Positions 42,338 through 53,227 of a DNA stretch of 64,000 nt are shown in pieces. The notes under the pieces are model-generated. The model was not told where the DNA came from, did not search any database, and saw nothing but the letters and a program-made list of their open reading frames with translations. Made by a program: the position numbers and the translations under genes. Source of the DNA: Barthelona sp. PCE (Eukaryota); assembly GCA_040285745.1 (NCBI GenBank), contig JAUFOR010000004.1:372001-436000 (forward strand), read 5' to 3'. Every line of letters starts with the position of its first letter. The stretch's first letter is position 1.

Positions 42338-42489
42338 GATGGCGAAAAAATGAAAACAGGGTTTTCCCCTTAGTTCCATTTTACTTTAAATGATTGAAAT
42401 TTGCTATATATATGAGTCGTGGAGGAGAAGCAGCAAAATAGCTGATAGTACTTTGAGACTTTTGTGTTTTCCCTTATCAATCCGTTTTC

Positions 42490-43542
42490 ATGTTGCGGAT
42501 AGTAATTTTAATCTGCATAGGGGTTATTGCAGAATCCCTGGCGATTGTTTTCGAGCACAAAAAAAAGAAATCACGGATATTGAATGATTTTACATTCTTT
42601 GGGTTAATTATGCGTATTGCAGGATTAGTGTCGATGTTTTGGGGCATCAACGCGGGTATAGTCCTCATTTTCCAATGGTTTTTGCGCCAACCATTTACAT
42701 ATTTCAGTATTTTCGTTGCTGCCAACGTATCTCTTGCAAATAACTACACAACAATAATATTCATAGCATCATGCGTGAGCTTAGTGCTCTTTTCTATAGT
42801 TCTGACGCTGTTTCTAAAAACAGATGCGTTTGTCTTTGATTACCTTTTTACCACATATTACATACACTTTGTAGTAACTTTTATAATAGGTGATGAGTTC
42901 CCAGCAGAGTGGTACGTCCTTTACCTGCTTGGTTTTGTATTTTCATGGATATTTACCACGTTTTTAACGTTACAATTCATAACAATCGATCAAAAATCAG
43001 AATTCCAAAAAGAGCTCGATAGGACTATGCTTTATAGAACAACAATAGCCCCAGAGATTGAGGTCATATCGGAACCATTTGGGGTTGTTAGTGATGGAGT
43101 CAACGAAGAGAAAGTTGGAGAAGGAGCGTTGGTGATGAATGAAGAGCAAGTTGTCGTGGTCCAATCACCTATTGCTGACACGCCAATGCATTCCGACGAC
43201 GAACTATTGTCGAACGCGTTGAAAAAAATATTGCTGGAGGTTTCACCCATTGGTGTTGTGGATTTAAATTCAGATTATGAGAGCACTAATAATCTTGTCA
43301 AAGAAGATCTTTCAGATAGAGATGTATGCGACACAGTTACAGAGAGCATCATGATGACTGATTTAGAGGCTATTTCACCTGAATTCTTTACTCCAGCACC
43401 TGAAAATCTCAGTGGGAATGAAGCTGAAGATGAGCTAGAGAATTCTGGATCTTTGATTCAAGTGATAGACGAGGAAGGTGAGGGAATTGAAGACAATAGC
43501 GATTCGGTAGTAGAGATATTCTTAGATTCAGATTTTTTGTAA
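42490..43542 (+). CDS. SYS1-like multi-pass membrane protein with acidic tail
   Basis: Several TM helices, VFDYLFTTYYIHF...FPAEW resembling the SYS1 DF-x-x-T-x-x-x-x-H...FP...W pattern. Start codon uncertain. Confidence 0.55.
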   Translation: MLRIVILICIGVIAESLAIVFEHKKKKSRILNDFTFFGLIMRIAGLVSMFWGINAGIVLIFQWFLRQPFTYFSIFVAANVSLANNYTTIIFIASCVSLVLFSIVLTLFLKTDAFVFDYLFTTYYIHFVVTFIIGDEFPAEWYVLYLLGFVFSWIFTTFLTLQFITIDQKSEFQKELDRTMLYRTTIAPEIEVISEPFGVVSDGVNEEKVGEGALVMNEEQVVVVQSPIADTPMHSDDELLSNALKKILLEVSPIGVVDLNSDYESTNNLVKEDLSDRDVCDTVTESIMMTDLEAISPEFFTPAPENLSGNEAEDELENSGSLIQVIDEEGEGIEDNSDSVVEIFLDSDFL

Positions 43543-43815
43543 ATATTTGGCGTTTTAGAGATATTATTGTGGCCACATGGAGCTTATACGCAGAATTGAT
43601 AGTTTTTCAGGTGTTAAAAAAGTTAACAATCGAATTTTTGTCAGAATAAAACTGTTTCTTGTATTGTGAGCGATTAACAGCTATTTTTTCTAGCAAGTAT
43701 GTATCAGCATTCATTTGCGTCGGTCTAATAGGCGCACACTGTGCTTAACAATTTGTTTCTGCATTTCTGTCTTCTTTCTGCACATTGCGCTTGTTACCAC
43801 ATTTTATTTTAAACT

Positions 43816-44874
43816 ATGAGTCGGTATTCGTTTCTTACTAGGCACTACGACGAGCGTGCTGCCCTCTATCGCCAGTATGTTTTGAATTTCTTCTTGGAAG
43901 ATAATTCTGTTGAATTATTCGATATGAAGTCAAAGAAGCTGTTCCTTCGTCGCACACAATACCCAAAGTTGCAACAAAATGCTTTGTTTATTGGAAACAG
44001 AGTGAATATTTATGGCAGACAGCTTGAAATCATGGACTTCGGTGATCAAGCCACAAGAAGGCTTTTCGCCACCACAGACTGTGGCGCTCTGATTGTTCTT
44101 CCCCATGCTTATCACAGTTTGCCCGAGTTAATTAATAGAATCGGACAACAACTACAAATGATTGACATTTTTTCATTTGAATGTAATGACGAGATTGTTA
44201 AAGAGCTTTTATCTGATCAGACCCCCCGTAACCTACAGACCCGTATGGAGGTATTCCGTGGGCATTGTCATTGTGTTGTTGTCAAGGGTACAAAATCTCA
44301 AGAAGTATTGGAATCGATAGCTTCTCATTTAATCGCTGATTTCGGCTTTGATTCCAGACACTACGGTTATCATGTTATCCCTCAGCTCCGTTTCGACGCT
44401 GATGTATCTTTTGTTAAGAAGGCACCAAGTGGTGTTAAGCATCGCAATTCTACTTGTGTTGTTATTAAACCCCACGCTTTCTTACAGAACTTCGCTGGCC
44501 CTATCATGAATGATTTAATGGGTAGTGCGTTCCGTATTACAGCTATTAGAACACTAGTATTGGAGCCCACTCACGCATATGAGTTTTTGGAGGTATACAG
44601 AAATGTTCTCCCCTATTATGAGGAGATCCATCAGGAACTCATTAACGGTCCTTGTATTGCAATGGAGGTGCAGCTCCCAGAGGGCACCAACCGCGATGTC
44701 GTTTCCACTATCAGACAGTTTGTCGGACCACGTGATAGTGAGATCGCCAAGAAGGTTGCTCCAGATTCTATTAGAGCCAAGTATGGTGTAGATCATGTAC
44801 TAAACGCCGTACACACAACTGATTTAGAGGAGGATGGCTTTACTGATATTGAGTATTTATTCAAAGTTTTGTAA
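43816..44874 (+). CDS. NME7: nucleoside diphosphate kinase 7 (DM10 + 2 NDK domains)
   Basis: DNSVELFDMKSKKLFLRR, VIKPHA, EFLEVY and NAVHTTDLEEDG. Confidence 0.93.
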   Translation: MSRYSFLTRHYDERAALYRQYVLNFFLEDNSVELFDMKSKKLFLRRTQYPKLQQNALFIGNRVNIYGRQLEIMDFGDQATRRLFATTDCGALIVLPHAYHSLPELINRIGQQLQMIDIFSFECNDEIVKELLSDQTPRNLQTRMEVFRGHCHCVVVKGTKSQEVLESIASHLIADFGFDSRHYGYHVIPQLRFDADVSFVKKAPSGVKHRNSTCVVIKPHAFLQNFAGPIMNDLMGSAFRITAIRTLVLEPTHAYEFLEVYRNVLPYYEEIHQELINGPCIAMEVQLPEGTNRDVVSTIRQFVGPRDSEIAKKVAPDSIRAKYGVDHVLNAVHTTDLEEDGFTDIEYLFKVL

Positions 44875-44885
44875 TGTGTAAATTT

Positions 44886-45800
44886 TTACTGATAAATTAA
44901 ACTTTGAAATTTTGGTACGATAATCTCTGGTATCATTTTAGCCATTTCTGATTGGATTTCATCCATATTCACGTTCAAAAACATATCTATATCTGTCTCA
45001 GAAATGTTCGTACTTAAACTCAACAAAGATGCAATCATATTTTCGTCAATTGCATCAATTGTCTTCTCAGTATCCCACGGGTTTTTCGAATTGAACCTAT
45101 CCTCACACGCCCAACTCTCGTGATCTTCCCCACCACAATGCTTACAAGCCAGGACATCAGTATCTATGTAACCTGCCATGACGGCCAACTTTCGCAGCTG
45201 ACGTTGCTTGTGGACGTTAACCTCGTCTGGGATGGGCTGCAGGAACCGCCGCAGTATGATTGCTGCCTTCTGTGAGTTCTCAATACACTCTGCATCAATA
45301 CGGATGTGCTTAGGTAACTTCATCGCACTTCTTATGTTACTGTCGATGGCTGGGTCTCTGATACTGATCTGTGCCCCACTCTCGTCGTTGATGGCGTCCT
45401 TTGTTTCACCACGGGGACCGATGATCTGTCCAACAAAAGAATATCCTGGGTATTCTTTCTCGGGGATCGGTATAATGAGTGTTCGCTTTGACTGTTGGGT
45501 TGTCCAGTCCCCTGGCTTCTCGTAGTATGGATTGAATTTTGCACAACCCTCAATAAAACGCTGGCGTTGTACGTTTTCAAATTTTGCTATTCTGCCTTCA
45601 ATTGTAGTTGGTTCAATTCGCTGAAAACCCTCTGGGATATCCTCCAGCGTGTAATCTGATGTGTTAAAGGCTTTAAGCTGTACCTTCTTCAGGTAATTTT
45701 GGCAATGTTGCTTACATTGCTGTGCTTGTACAATAAGTGCTGCCCCATGCTTTAGTTTTTCGAGGGCTGTAACCTCACGCTCATAAAAACCTGTTTCCAT
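44886..45800 (-). CDS. SF1: splicing factor 1 / branchpoint-bridging protein
   Basis: EYPGYSFVGQIIGPRG KH domain, QUA2 (NVHKQRQLRKLA) and CCHC knuckle CKHCGGEDHESWAC. Confidence 0.9.
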   Translation of the reverse strand: METGFYEREVTALEKLKHGAALIVQAQQCKQHCQNYLKKVQLKAFNTSDYTLEDIPEGFQRIEPTTIEGRIAKFENVQRQRFIEGCAKFNPYYEKPGDWTTQQSKRTLIIPIPEKEYPGYSFVGQIIGPRGETKDAINDESGAQISIRDPAIDSNIRSAMKLPKHIRIDAECIENSQKAAIILRRFLQPIPDEVNVHKQRQLRKLAVMAGYIDTDVLACKHCGGEDHESWACEDRFNSKNPWDTEKTIDAIDENMIASLLSLSTNISETDIDMFLNVNMDEIQSEMAKMIPEIIVPKFQSLIYQ

Positions 45801-45942
45801 TGAAAAGGAGTGAAAAGCGATAAACACCTGTTTACTAACTAAGTTGATAACCGGGTACTGTTCAGATAATCTATTTGTGCAACGTGTGCAAATGGTGGGA
45901 ATCTCCTTGTTTTATAGTGAAATACTGCATTGCGATTGAAAA

Positions 45943-47361
45943 TCAGTCGAAATCAAAATCATCAGTTGAAGAAAGCGTGAAATCGTCTGAAAAGATTGAT
46001 TTTGCAGGCACCTCGGGCTGTAAGGTCCCGTTTAAACTGCAAATACATGTTAAAAATAGTAGTACTAAAATTGGAATGAAAAAAGTCATGAGAGCAACAT
46101 TACTGTTTTTCTTCAATGACCTGCTTGTTAGGTGCACAGGGGGGCATATCTTCAGCCAGTCTGTACCCTTAGGGAACGCCATATACTCCTTTGAACCAGG
46201 GCTGAATGAAATATCAGCATTCCGCACAAGTGTGCATTGTTTCCGAACGTCTTTTGAACTAAAAAAGAGTGCAAGGTCACTAGGGAGTCTATTTAGCATG
46301 AGATCAACATGGTCAAAGTCAGTTACATCGAGGACATGTCTTGTCTCAATTGTACAGTTGTAACCATGTAAATTAATTCTCTGTCCAACTAACTTCTGCT
46401 GAAGACCCTCTCCGAGATGATAAATGCGATCGCTCTTCAGTGTGAGCGCCACACCAGGTAGTTTGATGTCTGTATAGTGTTGCAAACGTGACTGTGCCAT
46501 GAGCACTAGGAAATCTGTGAAATTACGGCTAGACTTCACACATCCCTTGTTGAGACATGCCATTAAGGACACATGGTTTGTGTCTATTGCCATACCTTCT
46601 GGACTGAAGATAACACCCGGTCTACTCAAGAACAAACGAAGGCTGGCCATTGATGGATTTTTCTGCTTTTTGAGTGAGAATTCGTACGTTTTAAGTACAA
46701 AGAGATGCTTGTGACTACTGTGATCTTTAATGAGAAAGAGAGCTTGAAATTCTGTGAAACGTTCATTAAAGGTTACGAAAAACTCACTTGAAAGATCATA
46801 TGAGTCAGAAAAGCCTGGGAAACTGTATAACTGTAGCATGTATATTTCTGCAAAGTCAATATTGAAGTCTATATCTTTCTCTTCGTTGTACTGTAGAAGA
46901 CCGAACCTGATACCATCAAGTTGCTGTAATAGAAGTCTTATTTGATGGTAAAATGGGTCTCTGATGCCCAATTCACTTGATTTATACCGTATTTTCTGGA
47001 TAGCTTCCACAATCTGTACTCTATAACTTTCATTGAAGAAGGGTCGTATCTGCTCGTAATATTCATAAATATATGGAGCCAGCAAGTATCCCTCCAATAT
47101 TCCGGCGGCATACAGCTGTAACTCATCGCTGACACGGCTTTCTGTACGAATAGAGAATTTGAGATAACCGTGTTCATTTAGAACGTCTTCAAAGTATGCT
47201 GTAGCAAGGGCTTTTGATGTGAGCCTATCTGTGATCTCGAATGAGCCTGTTTTGTCGAAGCAAACCTTAAAAAAATGTAGATTATGAGATAGAGCGCTTG
47301 CTGTGCCCACACTGACCCAGATGAGCAAAATGCTCAGGAAGTAATGATGTTGATAAAGCAT
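45943..47361 (-). CDS. divergent phospholipase B-like protein with signal peptide and C-terminal TM helix
   Basis: ATAYFEDVLNEHGY...QLYAAGILEGYL and DPFYHQIRLLLQQLDGI match the PLBD N-terminal pro-segment. Confidence 0.65.
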   Translation of the reverse strand: MLYQHHYFLSILLIWVSVGTASALSHNLHFFKVCFDKTGSFEITDRLTSKALATAYFEDVLNEHGYLKFSIRTESRVSDELQLYAAGILEGYLLAPYIYEYYEQIRPFFNESYRVQIVEAIQKIRYKSSELGIRDPFYHQIRLLLQQLDGIRFGLLQYNEEKDIDFNIDFAEIYMLQLYSFPGFSDSYDLSSEFFVTFNERFTEFQALFLIKDHSSHKHLFVLKTYEFSLKKQKNPSMASLRLFLSRPGVIFSPEGMAIDTNHVSLMACLNKGCVKSSRNFTDFLVLMAQSRLQHYTDIKLPGVALTLKSDRIYHLGEGLQQKLVGQRINLHGYNCTIETRHVLDVTDFDHVDLMLNRLPSDLALFFSSKDVRKQCTLVRNADISFSPGSKEYMAFPKGTDWLKICPPVHLTSRSLKKNSNVALMTFFIPILVLLFLTCICSLNGTLQPEVPAKSIFSDDFTLSSTDDFDFD

Positions 47362-47513
47362 AAAATAGCCGTTACAAGTCACCCCAAAATTAGTAAAAAA
47401 AATTTTGTAATTTTCCAACATATTTTTACATTTACTAAAAAAATTAGATTGTTTTGGAGATGCGGCAACAAAGGAACAAAAAAAGAACGATACTCCATAT
47501 ATATTTGCGAAAG

Positions 47514-48350
47514 CTAGAACCCAAAAATTTGCGAAATTGAGGTCTTTTCAGGTACTGGTTGTTCCTCCTCCTGTTCTTCCTCTTCGGGGTCGTAATAATA
47601 CCCAAATCCTAAATCGCATGTGTGAGCAAATTGTTTAGTTGATACTGTACGTTGACTTTTAATTTGCTTCAGTCTCCTTTGCAATTGCTCCTCAATTTCA
47701 TTATTTCTCTTGGACATCTCCTCTGCAGACTTCATCTGGCGGCGTCTAGCTTCACCAGGAGAAATTTTTGCTGTTTTTTTTGCTAAAAATTCTTGAATCT
47801 CAGGATTATTGTGAATAACACCACTATAACTTTCCAGCACGTGCTTGTCTCTATCAGTGTCATTGTCAATTAATTCTGCACTCTTCCTGCCCTCTGTTAT
47901 GTAATCAAGATGATCTTTAGCATCAACATCTTTAGAAAGACCAAATTTCTTGGTCCATCCCCGCATTACGTGTTGCTTGTACTGCTTTGATTGTTGAAGA
48001 TGCTCATCTTCCTTTAGAGCTTCACGTACTCCACTTAGATGTGCTTGTACTGGTCTACGAGCCATATATCCCCTTAAGTTAGGGTCATTGGATGCATTGT
48101 AGTAAGGCATAGACTCATTAACATTTGTATTTGCCTTAAACTTTGATGATGGTACAAAATTTCTGTGTTGTTTGTGTTCTTCTTCATAATTTTGGTGTCT
48201 CTTCCTCAGTTTCCTCTGTATCTGGGTGGATTTAATAATCCTTTTTCCAAATTCTGATTCTGTCTTGAGTTGTTGAGCTTGTTGAAGAATAGGGGCATCA
48301 TCAACCTTTGGGATGTTGTTGAGATCAAATGATACAAAATTTTGTGCCAT
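47514..48350 (-). CDS. hypothetical hydrophilic protein (278 aa)
   Basis: ATG-initiated ORF; contains YNASNDPNLRGY; no family assigned. Confidence 0.7.
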   Translation of the reverse strand: MAQNFVSFDLNNIPKVDDAPILQQAQQLKTESEFGKRIIKSTQIQRKLRKRHQNYEEEHKQHRNFVPSSKFKANTNVNESMPYYNASNDPNLRGYMARRPVQAHLSGVREALKEDEHLQQSKQYKQHVMRGWTKKFGLSKDVDAKDHLDYITEGRKSAELIDNDTDRDKHVLESYSGVIHNNPEIQEFLAKKTAKISPGEARRRQMKSAEEMSKRNNEIEEQLQRRLKQIKSQRTVSTKQFAHTCDLGFGYYYDPEEEEQEEEQPVPEKTSISQIFGF

Positions 48351-48761
48351 TGGGTGCTATGAAAATGGGTGAAAAGGAAGTAAATGTACAAAACAAAATA
48401 TAACTTTGAAAGAGGAAAATTCATCAATTTTAGATGCGTATTTGTTTGTGTATCACACAAAGTAACACATTTATTTGTCAAAAAGGTCAGTTATTTACTT
48501 ATAAAAAACGAAGGGCAGGTTTTTGCAAATCGGTTATATGTGTATTCTTTTTTTCAAAGGGGATTTTGACTGCTATTGAAGGCCGTTTTCAAAATATTTA
48601 CTGGGTTAAATGAGCAAAGATTCCATAATGTCGTTTCGCAACGTATAAGTGTTTTTGTCGAATTTTTAGGGTTCTGCAGAGGAAAATATGACTGGAAAAC
48701 ACATAACAGATAGAGCGCAGTAACTATTCTATTTGTTACGCTTTTTCTAACCATTTTCGCA

Positions 48762-51700
48762 ATGCACATCAAGAAAATCATTCTTGATGGCTTTAAAAGT
48801 TATGCAGTGAGGACAGAACTCACAAATTTCGATCAGAATTTTAACGCAATCACGGGTTTGAACGGTTCAGGCAAGTCTAACATCCTTGATGCTATTTGCT
48901 TCGTTATGGGTGTCAAGAACTTCAGTCTCATGCGTATTCGTAACGCCAACGAACTTGTTTATAAGAATGGACAAGCTGGTGTCACAAAAGCCAGTGTTAC
49001 ACTTGAATTCGATAACAATGATGTCTCGCAGTCACCTTTAGGGTATGAGGAGTACCAGACAATCAGCGTGAGCCGTGTGCACATTATTAACACAGCGTCT
49101 AAATGGAAAATCAACGGGAGAACAGCAGCCAAGAAGAAAGTTACTGATTTTTTTACTTCGGTTGGTTTAAACATTAATAACGCTCATTTTCTCATCATGC
49201 AGGGCAAGATCACTCAGATATTGAACATGAACAACCGCCAGATCCTGGATATGATTGAGGAAGCGGCAGGAACAGCAATTTTCAATGTGAAACAGGATAG
49301 GGCAAGAAAGACAATGAACAAGAAGGATGAGAAGCTTATCACAATCACCCGCTTGCTTTCTGAGGAGATTGAACCAGAGCTACGTCGTTTAACTGAGAGG
49401 AGTGAGCGAATCGAGAAAGCTCGTCATTTGCGGGAGTCACTTCGTGTTAATGAACGTAAGTATGTTGCATTTCAGTACTGTCAGTTCGAAGATCTCATTG
49501 AAAGAGAGGAGAATATTACAGCTGAATTGGAGAAGGAGAAGAAAACCTTTTTGAAACAAGTCGATGATCTGTTGGAAAAAATTGAAGATTTGACAGGTGA
49601 AATCCAGGAGTTGAACGATAGTTCTGAGGCACAGCAGCTGAACGAGGAGGTTGCAGCCATGGAGAAGCAGCTAGAGACGGTCAAACGAGAGATTCAAGCA
49701 CACAAGGCGACTGAGACCAGGAAGCGCAAGGAATTAAATACCTTGGGCAAGAAATCAGTTACAATGATGACAAAGAACAGAGATCTAGAGAAGGAGTATC
49801 GCCGTCTTGGAGATCGTGTTAGTAATAATCGTTCATCGTTGAAAGATCTCGTTGATCAGCATCAAGTTAAGAAGCATTCTGTTCACGAGTTGGCGAAATA
49901 CACACGCGGCATTGAAGACGAGCGTGGGGCAGTTGTTGACATAGACACAATCGCTAAGGAGGTGACCAATCTTCGTATGAAGCATGAGGGTATCCAGCTC
50001 AACATCAACAGCAGCACAACTCGCTTGAAATCCTTTGAGGATCATATTTCGAACTCAAAGAATGAGTACGACAGGATAACTGATGAATTGGAAACGGCAA
50101 AGGCTACTGCCTCAGCCATCAAGATTCCAAGAGTACCTCAGGATGCTGCTGAGCAGTTCGAAGAGCTGTCTCAGTTTCTCTTGATGACACATCAGAACAT
50201 TAAGAAGAAGGAGGCAGGAAAAAGGAATTATTGCGATCGCTATAAATGTCATCCCATTGGTGTTTCGCTTCCTGATAATATTGATATGTCAAAGGTCTTT
50301 GGCAGAGTGTATAGCATTCTGAATGTTCAAAACGAGGATATGATCGCTGTTGAACACGCGTTGGGTACTACGAATCTCGAAGCGCTGGTTGTTGAGGATC
50401 ATGTTACACAGCGTGCCATTGTCAATCACCTCAAAAGGCAGAGGGGAATCACGCTGAAGATTTTTGCATTGGAAAGTCTGCCAAAGAGAGGAAATAATCG
50501 CCAATTACGTGAGCGCATCCTCAGAGACTGTCAACGCAACTCTAATATGAAGCTCATTGAGGATTGCATTGAGTGGACTATCGATCACCCTCAACTGGCC
50601 GTTTTGGCGTCAAATCTCGTTGGCCTGTCAGTCATGGGCAAGGATATCAGCATGGATTTCATTGAAAACAAAGTGCTGAGGAGTTACAACATACGTTACT
50701 ATGATATGGAGACTGGTGATGTGTTTACTCCCTCAGGTCGGTCCATTCCAGGACGAAAGATGGTTACCCGGCTGAATAAGATGAGGGATTACCACTTTTT
50801 CAACGAAGAAATTGCGCAACTGAAGATATCTATCGAGGAAATCAATGTTGAGCGAAGCCAAGTAGAAGGACCGATCAAGGCTGCTAGAGAGGCAGAGTAT
50901 CGTCAAACTCAAGCTAATGAACTGGTAGATACCTTGGAGCAGCGTCTTTCACTGTGTCGTTACGTTAAAATGACGGAGAAAAAGGAAAGAACAGAGAATG
51001 AGTTAAAAACGTTTAAGGACCAACTTGAAGCCACAAAAGCCAGTTTGGAGACCCGTAAGAAGTCTCTTGAGATCGCAAAGAGCGTGCAGTCAGGCTCTGT
51101 TGACTATGAGTCACTTTGTGAAAGCCTGGAAAAGGAGCGTACTGAGCTGGCAGACATTGAAAGCAGGCTCAGTAAGCACGAGAAGGATACAGGCAAGATG
51201 GAGGAGCGATATAACAAGATGGGAGCCGAGATTGAGATGCTGGATATCGACATCTCGAAAAACAAGGAGCTTCAGGAGAGGACACGTGATGAACATCATC
51301 AGGCTATTGATGATGTAGCTGACAAGCAGAAGGAGCGCAGGGAGCTCAGCGACACAGTCGACAGGCTTGTTTCGCAGAAGAGCACTCATCGTAACGAGAT
51401 TCGTATTAAACAGCAGGAGAAGAGCAAGTGCGTGAAAATGCATGATGAATTTACGTTGGCTGAACAGCGTACCCAGGCGAAGCTCGAAAGCTCACAGCGT
51501 GCTTTGGAAGAGCATCAGAAGGACTTTGCGTCTTTCACAAGCATGGATCAAACCGGCTATCTCAAGTATGCCGATCAATTTGGTGTTCCCCACAGTGAAT
51601 TTGACTGGGGTGAGCGCACCGGCGAAGAACTCAAGACCCTTATCGACCAACTGCATAAGGACTTGGTGGACTACGATGATCTGGCTGACGTTGATGGTGA

Positions 51701-52274
51701 AGTATTTGGGCTACGATTGCGTACAACGATGAAGGAGTTCGAAGCTTTGTCGGCTAAAAAGGAGAGGCTGAGAGAGGATAGAGAGCAGATCTTTGTTACA
51801 ATGGACACTATTGCACAGAAAAAGAACGATACCATAGTTGATATGTACACGCGAGTTTCTTCAAGATTTGGAGATATGTTTTCAATGCTTTTACCAGGCT
51901 CACACTGTTCACTTCAACCTATTTACAACTCCAACGAAGAGCTCAGTGGCCTGTCACTGGGTGTATCACTTGGTGGCCATGTCAAGGAGAGTCTTACAGA
52001 GCTTAGTGGTGGTCAACGTTCTTTACTTGCGCTTTCTCTTATCTTAGCGTTATTGCGCTGTTCTCCGGCCCCGATATACATCCTTGATGAAGTTGATGCA
52101 GCGCTTGACCCGTCACACACTTCCAATCTTGGACGCCTCATCCACGAGCAATTCCCACAATCGCAGTTTTTGGTCGTTTCACTAAAGGAGGATATGTTCA
52201 ACCATGCTCCTGTCATCTTCAAGACAGAGTTTAGCGGTAACACTTCTATGGTTCGTAGACTTGAAGGCCAGTAA
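48762..52274 (+). CDS. SMC2: structural maintenance of chromosomes protein 2 (condensin)
   Basis: DGFKSY, FNAITGLNGSGKSNILDAICFV, HFLIMQGKIT, KESLTELSGGQRSL and LDEVDAALD. Confidence 0.95.
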   Translation: MHIKKIILDGFKSYAVRTELTNFDQNFNAITGLNGSGKSNILDAICFVMGVKNFSLMRIRNANELVYKNGQAGVTKASVTLEFDNNDVSQSPLGYEEYQTISVSRVHIINTASKWKINGRTAAKKKVTDFFTSVGLNINNAHFLIMQGKITQILNMNNRQILDMIEEAAGTAIFNVKQDRARKTMNKKDEKLITITRLLSEEIEPELRRLTERSERIEKARHLRESLRVNERKYVAFQYCQFEDLIEREENITAELEKEKKTFLKQVDDLLEKIEDLTGEIQELNDSSEAQQLNEEVAAMEKQLETVKREIQAHKATETRKRKELNTLGKKSVTMMTKNRDLEKEYRRLGDRVSNNRSSLKDLVDQHQVKKHSVHELAKYTRGIEDERGAVVDIDTIAKEVTNLRMKHEGIQLNINSSTTRLKSFEDHISNSKNEYDRITDELETAKATASAIKIPRVPQDAAEQFEELSQFLLMTHQNIKKKEAGKRNYCDRYKCHPIGVSLPDNIDMSKVFGRVYSILNVQNEDMIAVEHALGTTNLEALVVEDHVTQRAIVNHLKRQRGITLKIFALESLPKRGNNRQLRERILRDCQRNSNMKLIEDCIEWTIDHPQLAVLASNLVGLSVMGKDISMDFIENKVLRSYNIRYYDMETGDVFTPSGRSIPGRKMVTRLNKMRDYHFFNEEIAQLKISIEEINVERSQVEGPIKAAREAEYRQTQANELVDTLEQRLSLCRYVKMTEKKERTENELKTFKDQLEATKASLETRKKSLEIAKSVQSGSVDYESLCESLEKERTELADIESRLSKHEKDTGKMEERYNKMGAEIEMLDIDISKNKELQERTRDEHHQAIDDVADKQKERRELSDTVDRLVSQKSTHRNEIRIKQQEKSKCVKMHDEFTLAEQRTQAKLESSQRALEEHQKDFASFTSMDQTGYLKYADQFGVPHSEFDWGERTGEELKTLIDQLHKDLVDYDDLADVDGEVFGLRLRTTMKEFEALSAKKERLREDREQIFVTMDTIAQKKNDTIVDMYTRVSSRFGDMFSMLLPGSHCSLQPIYNSNEELSGLSLGVSLGGHVKESLTELSGGQRSLLALSLILALLRCSPAPIYILDEVDAALDPSHTSNLGRLIHEQFPQSQFLVVSLKEDMFNHAPVIFKTEFSGNTSMVRRLEGQ

Positions 52275-52313
52275 GAAAGAAATCAAATAAAAATAAATAA
52301 AAATCAAATAAAA

Positions 52314-53198
52314 TTAGAATGGGGTGAAGTTATGATAAGGAATCAGTGCGCTGTCGGTTTCTGGCTGCTGTACGCAAGGAATATTACATACCGGACACTT
52401 GCCAACAACTGGCTCCAACAAAACTTTGTTCTGATTAGCATGCTTCAGCAAACATCCATGGCAAATACAGCTGCGGCACATTGTGCACAGGTAACCGACG
52501 CGGAACATATCATCTGGGTTGTCACAGGATGGCACAGCACAGAAGATGGGTGAACATATTTCGTTCACAATCTCGATTGCATTCCGCACGTTGGATAAAT
52601 AATAAAGGGAGAGCACCATATACAGAGACGTCTTCATGTCACTTTGGTCCATGAAGGCTGTCATACACATACCATCAGAAGAGAGAGCGGCCACTGACAT
52701 CACCTGATAATCAAGTCTATTCATCACTTCTGTGGTGTCCGTTCCAACACACACCGTATCTATAACAATCCCACGCGCCTTAGCACGCTCTGTAACTGAG
52801 AAAAGCTCACCAATATGCGGTGTGTGAGGCGGGGTTGCAGAAAGGATTAGAACTCTCTTTGTGGGGCGATCTGACTGAGAAGCCAGCATACAAGCCTTCA
52901 AAATGGCCGGGCCCAGCATCGAGCACTCGCCTACTACATCTGAAGTGGTGAATGAGTGAAATAACGGAATGAAGTCCACCTTATTGCCCGAATTGTTATA
53001 TGTCGCAATCAAGTCCACGCCCTCCGCATTGTATCCGACGACTATGAGCTCAGGATGTCTCATAGCATCAATGTATGTCTGGAAAAACTGAGATATGCTG
53101 CTCAAATACATCATAAAGACATTTTTATCCCCTATGCAGTGCGTGTTTGTGTCTATACACACAACAAGCCTCTCAAATAATTTATCAGAACTTGACAT
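52314..53198 (-). CDS. TFB4: TFIIH subunit Tfb4/p34-like
   Basis: vWA-like fold (LVVCIDTN, RVLILS, IVIDT) and C-terminal VGYLCTMCRSCIC...CPVC zinc finger. Confidence 0.7.
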   Translation of the reverse strand: MSSSDKLFERLVVCIDTNTHCIGDKNVFMMYLSSISQFFQTYIDAMRHPELIVVGYNAEGVDLIATYNNSGNKVDFIPLFHSFTTSDVVGECSMLGPAILKACMLASQSDRPTKRVLILSATPPHTPHIGELFSVTERAKARGIVIDTVCVGTDTTEVMNRLDYQVMSVAALSSDGMCMTAFMDQSDMKTSLYMVLSLYYLSNVRNAIEIVNEICSPIFCAVPSCDNPDDMFRVGYLCTMCRSCICHGCLLKHANQNKVLLEPVVGKCPVCNIPCVQQPETDSALIPYHNFTPF

Positions 53199-53227
53199 GG
53201 AGTTGAAATGAAAATACAACATTTACA

